This document shows, one piece after another, positions 1 to 8,578 of a DNA stretch of 56,598 nucleotides. The DNA comes from a virus. Its lineage: Duplodnaviria > Caudoviricetes. Within the stretch, counting starts at the first letter, position 1. Each line of letters begins with the position of its first letter. The notes under the pieces were generated by a model. It saw nothing but the letters and a program-made list of their open reading frames with translations, did no database searches and was not told the origin of the DNA. The translations under genes and the position numbers were made by a program. The stretch is from IMG/VR virus record IMGVR_UViG_3300030101_003030, positions 1 to 56,598 of that record; one strand, given 5' to 3'.

Positions 1-84
1 CCAATCACCAAACATTAACTTCTTAAACTCATCAAGAGGGGTGAAATGTTTTGAGTAATACTGATGTAACTCAAGTTCCCACTT
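1..84. repeat. Terminal direct repeat, copy 1 (circular assembly overlap)
   Basis: 1-84 is identical to 56515-56598 and lies inside a CDS. Confidence 0.97.
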
Positions 85-1998
85 ACGCCTTGCAAATGAA
101 TTGCCTGATCCCTTGATGGTATAGTTGGTAGTGATTGCAATCTTAGGAGACTTAGCAAATGGTATCTTGATAGCATCTTTGTTTTTCTTCTCAAGTGTCA
201 GTCCCTCAGTTACTACTGAGAACAATCTCTCAAAGTCAAAGTGTTTTTTTACATCATCAAAGCAAAGTATCTGCGTGTCTGCTGATACAAGTTGATATGC
301 GAAACTCTTTTCAAAAGCAAATGACTTACCATCAATCACTACCACCTTCTTCATCTTCTGTAATGCATTCATAAACAACCCCTTACCTGTGCCACCTTCA
401 GGGTTATCCGAGATGGCTTCATCATTTAGTATTACTGCAGGACAATAGCTGAGGTTTTTATAGCCATGCATTAAATATCCTATCGTTGATTCCATAGATA
501 AGATGCGTACTTGATCCTTGTTACATATGTTGCCAATAAACTTTTTGTAATCACAATCATTTGATTTGCATATGCTAAAGTTCCTATCAATGATATGATC
601 CTTCCATACGTAACCACCCAAATCTAAATAGTCTAGTGGTATTACCTTGTCCTTAGTTATTTTTACTGCACAATTTCTGTAATACAGATATGATGTGTGT
701 TTGGTGTCTTCAATGAAATACACATCAATAGATGACAGGAGAGTTAAGAACTCATCCTTGAAGAACCTAGTGTTATCAGCAAAGTAATTGTATATGCTTA
801 TATCGTCTAGTTCAATGAGGTGATTGAGAATAAAATCTTTTATCTCTTTCTCTGAGGTATGGTCTATTAGATTGTTAACCACTCGAACAAACACGTAGTT
901 TTTACTACCCTCAGGGCAATACTTATAAAAGCCATTATCCTCCAAGAATAGTTTGAATAGTATGTGAACGATCTTGATTGTACCCTTGTCATTCTTAGTC
1001 CAAAAGGTTAGCTTGTCATTATCTTCCTCAGCCCTGTTCAATACTGCCTCAATAACATTATCCTCAATGTCCTTGTCCTTCAACTCATCCCTTACCTCTT
1101 TTTTTGACATGCCACGCTTTAGCTTTATCTTAATGTTATTCACTCGCTCCTCATCCTCATAATATTTTGTTCCAAAGTTCTGAGTGTTTGAGTATGCTGA
1201 GTCAATCGTTCTTATTATCTCACGTTGATTAAAGTCTTTAGTTGCATATTGATTTAGTACATACTTAGCTAACTCTCTGTTGATCCCAAAGTCATTGAAA
1301 GCTGAAGCTAGTACAAAACAATTTTGATTACGCTGTCCCTCTTCCATTGGGAACTTCTTTACCCACCACTTAACAAGTATATCAACTATTTTATTCTCAT
1401 CTGTTATGGGTATGGTAGCTACGTCCCTATGTTTATTTACTTCTTTATACTCCGGCTCTTCAATCTTATCCCACACACTTGAGTTCTCATTGATGTGTAT
1501 CAATGGATCATAACTCTCATAACATACCCTTGATACATTCTTACAGGTCTCATCAAAGTATTCTGAATTGAAATATGTTTTAAGTGAATTGAAATAGTTG
1601 GTATGGTTCTCTTCGTCTTGTGGAATCTTGACAAGTACCTTTAGACCATTACCTGATGGTGATAAGAATACTGAATACACAAATGCGTTCTCACTATACT
1701 TTTGTTTTGCTTCAAGTAAATCTTTTTTCTTTTCAAAGCCATCAAAGTCTAGGCATATCAAACCACTATGCTCAAGTAGTGAAGAATCATTTCGTTTGGT
1801 AAACTTTCCTGAGAAACAGATAGCAGGTAACTTCTTCTTTAGTTCTTGACGTTCAGATTTATTTTTCTCGCTTCTTATATTTTTTACTAACTCTTTGCTA
1901 GTGCCGTTTTTTATTCTATCTAAAATATCCTTTACATCCCTGTAAAATGGGGTGCTTGTGGCTTTAATAGATTGGAATATTGTTATTAAGTGTGTCAT
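1..1998 (-). CDS. Primase-helicase, 5' part (VirE-N/BT4734-like primase + PriCT + SF3/D5-like helicase); continues across the join to 56095, ~805 aa total
   Basis: Hand translation from ATG 1998: MTHLITIFQSIK...HSGLICLDFD...SPSGNGLKVLVKI...EGQRN...PEGGTGKG (Walker A)...ILCFDD (Walker B); in frame with 56095-56529. Absent from the ORF track because it spans the end. Confidence 0.9.
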   Translation of the reverse strand, partial: MTHLITIFQSIKATSTPFYRDVKDILDRIKNGTSKELVKNIRSEKNKSERQELKKKLPAICFSGKFTKRNDSSLLEHSGLICLDFDGFEKKKDLLEAKQKYSENAFVYSVFLSPSGNGLKVLVKIPQDEENHTNYFNSLKTYFNSEYFDETCKNVSRVCYESYDPLIHINENSSVWDKIEEPEYKEVNKHRDVATIPITDENKIVDILVKWWVKKFPMEEGQRNQNCFVLASAFNDFGINRELAKYVLNQYATKDFNQREIIRTIDSAYSNTQNFGTKYYEDEERVNNIKIKLKRGMSKKEVRDELKDKDIEDNVIEAVLNRAEEDNDKLTFWTKNDKGTIKIVHILFKLFLEDNGFYKYCPEGSKNYVFVRVVNNLIDHTSEKEIKDFILNHLIELDDISIYNYFADNTRFFKDEFLTLLSSIDVYFIEDTKHTSYLYYRNCAVKITKDKVIPLDYLDLGGYVWKDHIIDRNFSICKSNDCDYKKFIGNICNKDQVRILSMESTIGYLMHGYKNLSYCPAVILNDEAISDNPEGGTGKGLFMNALQKMKKVVVIDGKSFAFEKSFAYQLVSADTQILCFDDVKKHFDFERLFSVVTEGLTLEKKNKDAIKIPFAKSPKIAITTNYTIKGSGNSFARRKWELELHQYYSKHFTPLDEFKKLMFGDW

Positions 1999-2160
1999 GT
2001 TGATGTCGATTTTATGTTGATTTTATATACGTAACTCATTGATAATCAGAGGGGGTGTTGATAATGTTAATTTTTCTTTCTTACATAAGGGGATTAAAAA
2101 TAAAAAAAATAAGAACACTATAGAGAGTATAGCTATAGAAAAAATTAACACCTCAACATC
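1997..2160. other. Origin-like element A (iterons + IHF site + AT-rich core)
   Basis: Repeated (A/G)TGTT(G/A)AT, WATCAANNNNTTR match on minus (2032-2044), A-rich tract, inverted AACACCTCAACATC; homologous to 12823-13001. Confidence 0.6.
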
Positions 2161-2163
2161 GGT

Positions 2164-2189
2164 AAAAAAGGGAGGAACCACCCTCCCTT
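2164..2189 (-). terminator. Intrinsic terminator after SSB gene
   Basis: GGGAGG/CCTCCC stem followed by T6 on minus. Confidence 0.8.
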
Positions 2190-2211
2190 ATAAACCATGC
2201 AAGGATAATTA

Positions 2212-2466
2212 TCAGAAGGGTAGATCATCTGTTTTCTTTACTACCTTTTCTTTCTTTTCACTTGGCTTCCAAGTGTCTAACTCTACGTAGTAATTACCAC
2301 TACGAGCCTTGTTAATGTTGAGGTTGATCCAACCATTCTTCATGTTCTTTTTTATGAAAGGTCCTGCATCTTCAACCTTAATACTAACCTGACCTACTAC
2401 AAAGTCAGGTGCGTTTTCTCTTCTTTTAAATGAGAATCCATCTGCAAAAATTTTATCTTCTGCCAT
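2212..2466 (-). CDS. Single-stranded DNA-binding protein-like
   Basis: Small beta-rich protein with acidic DDLPF tail, next to recombination genes. Confidence 0.7.
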   Translation of the reverse strand: MAEDKIFADGFSFKRRENAPDFVVGQVSIKVEDAGPFIKKNMKNGWINLNINKARSGNYYVELDTWKPSEKKEKVVKKTDDLPF

Positions 2467-2550
2467 AATATAAATTTAATTTGTCCCAAGATTATTTAGT
2501 TCACAAGGTATCAGGATGGTTGAGACATCCACCTAATACTCCTGTATATT

Positions 2551-3297
2551 TTAAAGTGTTTGATTGATATAGTAATTGTCTAGGTCATCTGTTGGGTTAT
2601 CCCCAAAAAACTTATTATAAACATCAATAGCCCTTTCAACTTTTTCTTCACCACCTCTAATAAAATCTTCTGTTGGTCGAAACATTCCAAGCTGATGTGT
2701 TATCTTATCCACTACTAAAAATATTAGTGGCTTACCAAATAGTTGTTGGTATATATAACACTGACTATCATAGTTGTACTTACGTGCTGACCATCTAAAG
2801 TCTTGTATGTTTGAGGTAGTTTTTAGATCAATCACATTTGTTGGTGTGAGTATGTCTGCCTTACCTTTCCATAGCATACCTTTAATGTTATCAACAGCAG
2901 GTTGTTCATAACTACTACCCTCTTGTGTTATCATATCAAAGAAATCAATGTTACCTCTAATTGTTTTCACAAGTTGTAATATGTTCTCACATTCCTTAGA
3001 TAGTAAAGCTACCTGTACATTATTGTCTGCAATAAATTCTTTGTATGATTTTGAGTTGCGTGATGATACGTCAGCACATAAAGTCTGCATTGCTTTGTCA
3101 GGCTCAAGTAATAACTGATGAAAGTATCTACCCTCAGCAAAGTTTTTGTTATCTTCTTGAGGTACTCTAAACATCTTAGGATTCTTTAGTAGTGTTCCTA
3201 TGTCTGAGTTGCTAAGGTATTGCCTACCTACATCTCCATAATAGTTAGCATCATCCTTTAGTGTTTCAATGATGTCCTTTGTTGCTATTTTACTCAT
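2551..3297 (-). CDS. PD-(D/E)xK exonuclease, RecE/ExoVIII-like
   Basis: LSNS...GRYFH...KGKAD...IDLKTT...YDSQCYIY motifs. Confidence 0.8.
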   Translation of the reverse strand: MSKIATKDIIETLKDDANYYGDVGRQYLSNSDIGTLLKNPKMFRVPQEDNKNFAEGRYFHQLLLEPDKAMQTLCADVSSRNSKSYKEFIADNNVQVALLSKECENILQLVKTIRGNIDFFDMITQEGSSYEQPAVDNIKGMLWKGKADILTPTNVIDLKTTSNIQDFRWSARKYNYDSQCYIYQQLFGKPLIFLVVDKITHQLGMFRPTEDFIRGGEEKVERAIDVYNKFFGDNPTDDLDNYYINQTL

Positions 3298-3595
3298 GAT
3301 CTTCAGGCTTTAAAGGTTCATAAACAGTGTGTCCAAGTAATTCTCCTTCATCAAAGTGAGCAATATACTCTAGTTGATTGTGAGGATTGTAATAGTATAT
3401 ATCTCCTGTTATATTTTTATAATGACCAATCAAAAGTTTTAATTTTGCATAGTATTCAACGCTACCATCATCATAAAATAGTGTATCATATATAATCATG
3501 GTGTCTCCTATTATTGTATCAGGATATACAATCTCATCTTGTGCATATATCATTGATGACAATGAGAATGTTATAATTAAAATTAGATTTTTCAT
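3290..3595 (-). CDS. Putative exported protein with MORN-like repeats
   Basis: Signal peptide MKNLILIITFSLSSMIYA|Q; FYDDG and YYNPHNQL...FDEGELLG. Confidence 0.55.
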   Translation of the reverse strand: MKNLILIITFSLSSMIYAQDEIVYPDTIIGDTMIIYDTLFYDDGSVEYYAKLKLLIGHYKNITGDIYYYNPHNQLEYIAHFDEGELLGHTVYEPLKPEDHE

Positions 3596-4173
3596 TTGAT
3601 TAGTTTTTTTATTTCAGTTTTTACTTTAGTTGTTACATTGTATTTTCTTTGTAGTTGCTCAACAATTTTTGTCAATCCCATTTCCTTGTTTGCTCCTACA
3701 TATTTCAATACCTTATCCCAATTATCATCATTGATATTTAGTTCAATGGTTTTCTTTTGTGTAGGTACAGGCGTTACTTCGGGCAGATCTTCTCCTGTCC
3801 ATAGACTTAACCCTAGACCATGCATAGCTATTGCTTTTGCAGTTGACCTTTGTATTGTTTTGTTTACATCCATTGATGTAATGCTATCTACTTGGATTGA
3901 TCTGTTTCTGTAGTCCATTACAGGTAGGTAGTCTATATGCTCTATGTCATCCACTACTATTCCTACTTTTACATAGGCATAGTTACCATCCGTAAAATAG
4001 TTTAGCCCTGTGTGATCATGTTCATATACTTTCCTTTGTGCTTTAGGATATTTTGTTTTGAGCATAGCCCATGCATTAGCCCATGATAAGTAGTCAAGTT
4101 GTCCCTTGCGTTCTATCTTATCTCTTACTGCAATACTACTTAGTGTTGCGAATACTGATTTAGTTGTTGCCAT
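3592..4173 (-). CDS. Sak (Rad52-like) single-strand annealing protein
   Basis: YLSWANAW...YLPVMDYRN...VNKTIQR...KAIAMHGLGL.LW.GEDLP. Confidence 0.88.
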   Translation of the reverse strand: MATTKSVFATLSSIAVRDKIERKGQLDYLSWANAWAMLKTKYPKAQRKVYEHDHTGLNYFTDGNYAYVKVGIVVDDIEHIDYLPVMDYRNRSIQVDSITSMDVNKTIQRSTAKAIAMHGLGLSLWTGEDLPEVTPVPTQKKTIELNINDDNWDKVLKYVGANKEMGLTKIVEQLQRKYNVTTKVKTEIKKLIK

Positions 4174-4183
4174 TTGATTTGAT

Positions 4184-4582
4184 TTAATTTATTAATAATT
4201 TATTTAATTTATTTGATGCTCCTCTATAAGATTCAATTAGACTTAACCTTGCTTTTTTGAGTGTCTTGATATGTTTATCATTTTTTCTTGTGTTTACTTC
4301 GTTACGCATTTTATCTTCTACAACTTTTAGTTTTCTTTTGTAGTTAATCAATGCTAACTTATGTACACCTATTACCCATCCGTACTCATAAAAGGTTTGG
4401 TATTGTTCTTCACTTATCTCTTGATAGAAAACACCTATTGTGGTATTGAATATTTGGAATGTATTATTTTCTTTAGTTATTTTTATTCCTTGTCTTAACC
4501 TTGCTTCATATCCTACACCATCAATATTTATACTGACTTCATCTGTGTTTGCTTGATTAAATATGTCATTTAACTTGTACAT
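4184..4582 (-). CDS. Hypothetical protein
   Basis: 132-aa ORF tightly packed in operon. Confidence 0.75.
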   Translation of the reverse strand: MYKLNDIFNQANTDEVSINIDGVGYEARLRQGIKITKENNTFQIFNTTIGVFYQEISEEQYQTFYEYGWVIGVHKLALINYKRKLKVVEDKMRNEVNTRKNDKHIKTLKKARLSLIESYRGASNKLNKLLIN

Positions 4583-4875
4583 TTTCTTATATCTTCAACC
4601 AAGTCCTTCATGTCTAGGTCATTCTCTAGGTGTCTATTTATTTTTTTAACACCATAGATTACATTTGAATGATCTATCTTATACCCATTATCATCCATAA
4701 ACTTTTGTATGTATGTAATTTTAATTGGACTTTCTCTATTTGCACATAGCCAATACAATAAATGCCTAGCATCTGCACACTCCGATCTTTTGTCCTTAGT
4801 GAATAGTAGATCCGTATCTATTTCGTATGCCTTACATACACTCTTTACGTACTTATTGAATATTTTCTTTTTCAT
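4570..4875 (-). CDS. DnaA domain IV-like HTH DNA-binding protein
   Basis: KR...ADARHLLYWLC...DHSNVIYGVKKI resembles the DnaA C-terminal signature (RDHTTV). Confidence 0.7.
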   Translation of the reverse strand: MKKKIFNKYVKSVCKAYEIDTDLLFTKDKRSECADARHLLYWLCANRESPIKITYIQKFMDDNGYKIDHSNVIYGVKKINRHLENDLDMKDLVEDIRKCTS

Positions 4876-4978
4876 TTGATTTAATTTTTAGTTGTTCATT
4901 TTTTATCTCCTCATCATACTTCCCCTCGCTTGTTTCTTGTTCTCTTATCTCTATAAATTTTTCTTTTACTCTTCCCAT
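4853..4978 (-). CDS. Small hypothetical protein (41 aa, MGRVKEKFIEIRE...)
   Basis: Hand-translated; fills gap, starts 1 nt after upstream stop. Confidence 0.55.
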   Translation of the reverse strand: MGRVKEKFIEIREQETSEGKYDEEIKNEQLKIKSNEKENIQ

Positions 4979-4979
4979 A

Positions 4980-5378
4980 TCAATTTAATTTAGTTTTAAT
5001 TATTTCTTTTACTTGATTGTTCCAAAAGTATTCTTCTGCTTTGTCAAGTGTAGTTGTCAGGAACACCACTCCATTACACTTCACATAATACTCATCAGTG
5101 TTTAGATATTGTATATAAAGATCATCAAAGTATTTAATTATAAACTTACAATCTTTATGTAGCACACTTTTATCAATGCCCTTGCTGTCTAATGATATTG
5201 CTCTTGCCATTTTTCTAAAGTCTTTCAATTCAATCTCATCTTTTTTATCAGCCATCCTTTGTAGCTTACGTATGTATTTTATATTAGGTCTAAGCCTTAA
5301 CTTCTCTGCTATTATTTCTGTGAATAAAAAGTTCATTACTTTATTATTGTTTGTATAAATATAGTTATTTGTTTTCAT
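4980..5378 (-). CDS. Hypothetical protein
   Basis: ORF with ATGA-type overlap to upstream gene. Confidence 0.7.
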   Translation of the reverse strand: MKTNNYIYTNNNKVMNFLFTEIIAEKLRLRPNIKYIRKLQRMADKKDEIELKDFRKMARAISLDSKGIDKSVLHKDCKFIIKYFDDLYIQYLNTDEYYVKCNGVVFLTTTLDKAEEYFWNNQVKEIIKTKLN

Positions 5379-5656
5379 AATTCAAAATTAAATCTTCTGT
5401 ACCACTTACCATCAATTAGTTTCTTATCTGATTCTTTCCAATCGTTTCTGTATTGTGTAGGTAGATGACCTGCTTCAATAACTATTGGTAGTTTAAGATG
5501 AAGTGCTTCGTCTATTTCAAGTGCGCTCTCTAGGTGTGATTCTGTTTCATCATCATGCAGTGCATAAAGATCAATGATACCCAATAGCTTATCAGCTATC
5601 TCCGTTACATCAATGAAAACAAAATTATCTTTCTTTGTTATTATTAATCTGTTCAT
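5375..5656 (-). CDS. Hypothetical early protein
   Basis: Preceded by junction motif AAAACAAATAGATATG. Confidence 0.8.
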   Translation of the reverse strand: MNRLIITKKDNFVFIDVTEIADKLLGIIDLYALHDDETESHLESALEIDEALHLKLPIVIEAGHLPTQYRNDWKESDKKLIDGKWYRRFNFEL

Positions 5657-5658
5657 AT

Positions 5659-5946
5659 CTATTTGTTTTTATTGTATTCATTTATAAATTCTACTACTGC
5701 ATTGTAAACATCTTCTCTCTGTCCATATGGTACGATATCCATTAGGTTTTCTCTGTACTCGTTCTCCAAATACTTTTCATCTTTTGTTATCTTAGATACC
5801 ACAGGCATTAACCAATCCCAAGAGGTGTGAAATTTTAATTCATTTAGAGGAATCCAATCTCCACTATTATAAATTCTTTTATAGTATTCTCCGTTACTCT
5901 CCTCCATGCCCATAAATTCTGCTATTAATTTGTTTTCTGTTTTCAT
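5659..5946 (-). CDS. Hypothetical early protein (NKLIAEFMG...SWDWLMPVV)
   Basis: Junction motif at start; ends KNK* within next motif. Confidence 0.85.
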   Translation of the reverse strand: MKTENKLIAEFMGMEESNGEYYKRIYNSGDWIPLNELKFHTSWDWLMPVVSKITKDEKYLENEYRENLMDIVPYGQREDVYNAVVEFINEYNKNK

Positions 5947-5988
5947 ATCTATTTATTTTATTTGTTATTTACACAATGCTTACACTAA

Positions 5989-6017
5989 TATAACGAATTA
6001 ATTACACATAAGTTACA
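5989..6017 (-). promoter_or_regulatory. ECF-sigma-type promoter TGTAAC-N16-CGTTATA
   Basis: Same motif and spacing at 8646-8674 and 12061-12089. Confidence 0.65.
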
Positions 6018-6036
6018 CATTGATTTGTTAAAAATG

Positions 6037-6210
6037 TTAAAATTTATTTAACTTCCTGTTAGTCAGCACTTTAACTATAAGATTTTTTCTTTCTGTTATT
6101 TCAAAGATCATCTTCATATATGCCCTTTCGTGTGCTTCATATTTACTATCGGCAATACCTCTCCACACTTCTTTGTTGTTCTGTTTGTTTACTACTTTAT
6201 AATGTTTCAT
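6037..6210 (-). CDS. Small hypothetical protein (57 aa, MKHYKVVNKQ...)
   Basis: Hand-translated; junction motif at start. Confidence 0.7.
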   Translation of the reverse strand: MKHYKVVNKQNNKEVWRGIADSKYEAHERAYMKMIFEITERKNLIVKVLTNRKLNKF

Positions 6211-6216
6211 GTCTAT

Positions 6217-6288
6217 TTATTTTAGTTTATATATTCTTATTTTGTATCTCAATATATTCAATCTGAATATGGTTTTATATCTGCTCAT
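6217..6288 (-). CDS. Micro-ORF (23 aa, basic, MSRYKTIFRL...)
   Basis: Fills the gap between coupled genes. Confidence 0.4.
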   Translation of the reverse strand: MSRYKTIFRLNILRYKIRIYKLK

Positions 6289-6289
6289 G

Positions 6290-6544
6290 TTATTCACTTT
6301 CTTGTTTCTTTTTAAATATTCCTTTTGCTTCTGATTGTTCGTCAATCATCTCAAAGATGTTCTCCATTAACCACTCACTTTGCATTACACTATCCAAAAC
6401 ATTTAATGCTTCCTCTGATGTGCAGTCATACTTAATCATCACATCATCAACGTGCCATAAGTTTTCGGTATAGTTACCTCTTAATTCTAACTCTTGTCTC
6501 AAGTCCTCGCTTGATACCTCTTTTAAATCTATTTCTTTTTTCAT
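6290..6544 (-). CDS. Hypothetical acidic early protein
   Basis: Junction motif at start. Confidence 0.8.
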   Translation of the reverse strand: MKKEIDLKEVSSEDLRQELELRGNYTENLWHVDDVMIKYDCTSEEALNVLDSVMQSEWLMENIFEMIDEQSEAKGIFKKKQESE

Positions 6545-6556
6545 ATCTATTTGTTT

Positions 6557-6997
6557 TTATGTTATTTCGTTTTCATAATTCTTTTTACATTCTTTACTGC
6601 AATACTCTTCGCCAACCTCAATCTCTTCTCCACAATAGCAGAAACTTTCTTCTTCATAATCCTCTAGGAAACTTTCTATCTCACTTCTCAATTCAGAAAA
6701 TTCTTCTCTGCATTTTTGTGATTTTAAAAGTGAAGCAAGTAACTCACTATTAATATCTATTGGTCTACATCCGTAGTCATCTGCTAAGGCCATGCTCTCC
6801 CGTAAACTTGCATCATTTTCTTTTAGATATTCAATAGCATTGTAGTAGTATATTACCTCTTGTTGAAATGCTCCTTGATCTTCTAGTTGTTCATATAGCT
6901 CATCATAATTTTCTATATCCTCTGCATAAACATATTCATTAATACTAAAGTCTAATTGCTCACTTAACTCTTCAAAAAATTCTTCTTTCTTATTCAT
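6557..6997 (-). CDS. Very acidic early protein with C-terminal Cys cluster (possible DNA mimic)
   Basis: High D/E content; CYCGEE...YCSKEC. Confidence 0.75.
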   Translation of the reverse strand: MNKKEEFFEELSEQLDFSINEYVYAEDIENYDELYEQLEDQGAFQQEVIYYYNAIEYLKENDASLRESMALADDYGCRPIDINSELLASLLKSQKCREEFSELRSEIESFLEDYEEESFCYCGEEIEVGEEYCSKECKKNYENEIT

Positions 6998-7003
6998 ATC
7001 TAT

Positions 7004-7183
7004 TTATTTATTTGGTTTAACATCATATACTTCTCCACTCAAATCATAATCACAAGTCCATCCTATTGATTCTAGTTCAACTTTAATCCTTGCACATTCT
7101 TTATATAAACTTTCGTTGTCATCATAAGAGTTTACTATATCTTTTATCTCTTGTGGAAAGTTATCATATTCTTCTGCTGTCAT
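7004..7183 (-). CDS. Small hypothetical protein (59 aa, MTAEEYDNFP...)
   Basis: Hand-translated; junction motif at start. Confidence 0.75.
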   Translation of the reverse strand: MTAEEYDNFPQEIKDIVNSYDDNESLYKECARIKVELESIGWTCDYDLSGEVYDVKPNK

Positions 7184-7195
7184 ATCTATTTGTTT

Positions 7196-7459
7196 TTAAA
7201 GTTCATATTGGTTTAATATCTTATTAATCTTTTTTGTATGCAAACTTTTAAGGTAAGTTGCTTTAATCATTCTTTGCAATGTATATTTGAATGAGTTCAT
7301 ATTTCCTAAGTTTACATTTTTTGCATCACCTATATCTATTCTTTCATATTGGTCGTAGTCTGCTTTTGAATTTAGTATTGCTATGAATTTGGTTACCTCC
7401 TCGTTTAATTCATCTTCTGCTTTTTGCAGTATTCTTTCATTTAATTTATCTGTTGTCAT
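7196..7459 (-). CDS. Hypothetical early protein
   Basis: Junction motif at start. Confidence 0.8.
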   Translation of the reverse strand: MTTDKLNERILQKAEDELNEEVTKFIAILNSKADYDQYERIDIGDAKNVNLGNMNSFKYTLQRMIKATYLKSLHTKKINKILNQYEL

Positions 7460-7461
7460 AT

Positions 7462-7662
7462 CTATTTATTTATTTGGTTTATAATTGTATTTATTTTATT
7501 TAATGTTTCATATTGGTTTACCTGTACACTACTTGCTATCTCAATGAAGTAACAATCATCTTGTTCAATCAAGTCTTTATATGTCATCTTTGTTTCCTCT
7601 TGATTCATTTGTATTGATGTTGATATCTCAAATAGTTCTTTCAATAATTCTTTCTTTGTCAT
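7462..7662 (-). CDS. Hypothetical early protein
   Basis: Junction motif at start; its stop is the TAG of the next motif. Confidence 0.8.
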   Translation of the reverse strand: MTKKELLKELFEISTSIQMNQEETKMTYKDLIEQDDCYFIEIASSVQVNQYETLNKINTIINQINK

Positions 7663-7673
7663 GTCTATTTGTT

Positions 7674-8054
7674 TTAGTCTATTGATATTAGTGTTCCGTT
7701 TATTTCTTCATATTGCATATCTTCTTCGCATTCCCATTCAGTATAGTAAACATAGTCAACATGATACCCAATCGTTAATAAATCTTTGTCAGTATCTTTG
7801 TTTTTCTTTGCGCTGTTTAATGCTGACTCTAATTCTTTTAAGTCATCATCATTGTGTATTGTATCTAGTTCATCTAAATCACACCCAAGATTATTGATTG
7901 CTTCAAGTATATACTCTCTATCTTTTCTGCATTCTTTCAATGTCAATTCTAATGTTGAGGTATAGAACTCTCCATCTCCCCATATCCACCCATCATTCAT
8001 TCCCTCTCCTGTTATATCACATTGTCTTGCCCATAATATTTTTTCTGTTGTCAT
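7674..8054 (-). CDS. Hypothetical acidic early protein (ARQCDITGEGMNDGW)
   Basis: Junction motif at start. Confidence 0.85.
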   Translation of the reverse strand: MTTEKILWARQCDITGEGMNDGWIWGDGEFYTSTLELTLKECRKDREYILEAINNLGCDLDELDTIHNDDDLKELESALNSAKKNKDTDKDLLTIGYHVDYVYYTEWECEEDMQYEEINGTLISID

Positions 8055-8056
8055 GT

Positions 8057-8236
8057 CTATTTGTTTTTAGTTATTAATACTTTCTCTAAATAATCTCTAA
8101 TGATGTCTTGATATTGAAATTCAGTTGACTCATCAGTATCTATACGATTAGGGCATAATCCCTCATCTACAAATTTATTTACGATACCCACAGCAATACT
8201 TGCTATTATAGTTTTATCAAATTTTTTCTTTGTCAT
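8057..8236 (-). CDS. Small hypothetical protein (59 aa, ends TKNK*)
   Basis: Hand-translated; motif at both ends. Confidence 0.75.
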   Translation of the reverse strand: MTKKKFDKTIIASIAVGIVNKFVDEGLCPNRIDTDESTEFQYQDIIRDYLEKVLITKNK

Positions 8237-8238
8237 GT

Positions 8239-8385
8239 CTATTTGTTTTTAAGTTCATATATTTTTTCGTCTATATACCTCATGTACATAAAGTCTTGTT
8301 TGTTAATAGGCTTTTTTAATTCTCTTTTTAAACATTCTATCCAAAAGTTTAAATCTTTTTTGTTTGTTTTATTTTCTGTGTTCAT
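8239..8385 (-). CDS. Small hypothetical protein (48 aa, ends LKNK*)
   Basis: Hand-translated; motif at both ends. Confidence 0.7.
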   Translation of the reverse strand: MNTENKTNKKDLNFWIECLKRELKKPINKQDFMYMRYIDEKIYELKNK

Positions 8386-8440
8386 ATCTATTTATTTTAG
8401 TTAGTTAAATTATGGGGGCTTTTACACCCCCAAGTTTAGA

Positions 8441-8578
8441 TTATATTGTTGGAATGTCAACATCAACTCCATGCACTACTGCAAAGTAGATTCCTACAAA
8501 AGCTAATGTACTTGTTGCCAATCCTACGAAGATAATTTTAACCCTATCTTCAATGGTTAATTTTTGAAACGATTTCAT
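8441..8578 (-). CDS. Small membrane protein (45 aa, one TM)
   Basis: MKSFQKLTIEDRVK-IIFVGLATSTLAFVGIYFAVV; first gene after promoter 8646-8674. Confidence 0.65.
   Translation of the reverse strand: MKSFQKLTIEDRVKIIFVGLATSTLAFVGIYFAVVHGVDVDIPTI

Larger units (their letters stand above)
5654..8400 (-). repeat. Dispersed junction repeat family B, AAA(C/T)AAATAGA(T/C)ATG, 11 copies
   Basis: At starts 5656, 5946, 6210, 6544, 6997, 7183, 7459, 7662, 8054, 8236, 8385. Confidence 0.9.

Noticed and set aside
1-84. Biological direct terminal repeat
   Set aside because: Lies mid-CDS and is k-mer sized; better explained as assembly overlap
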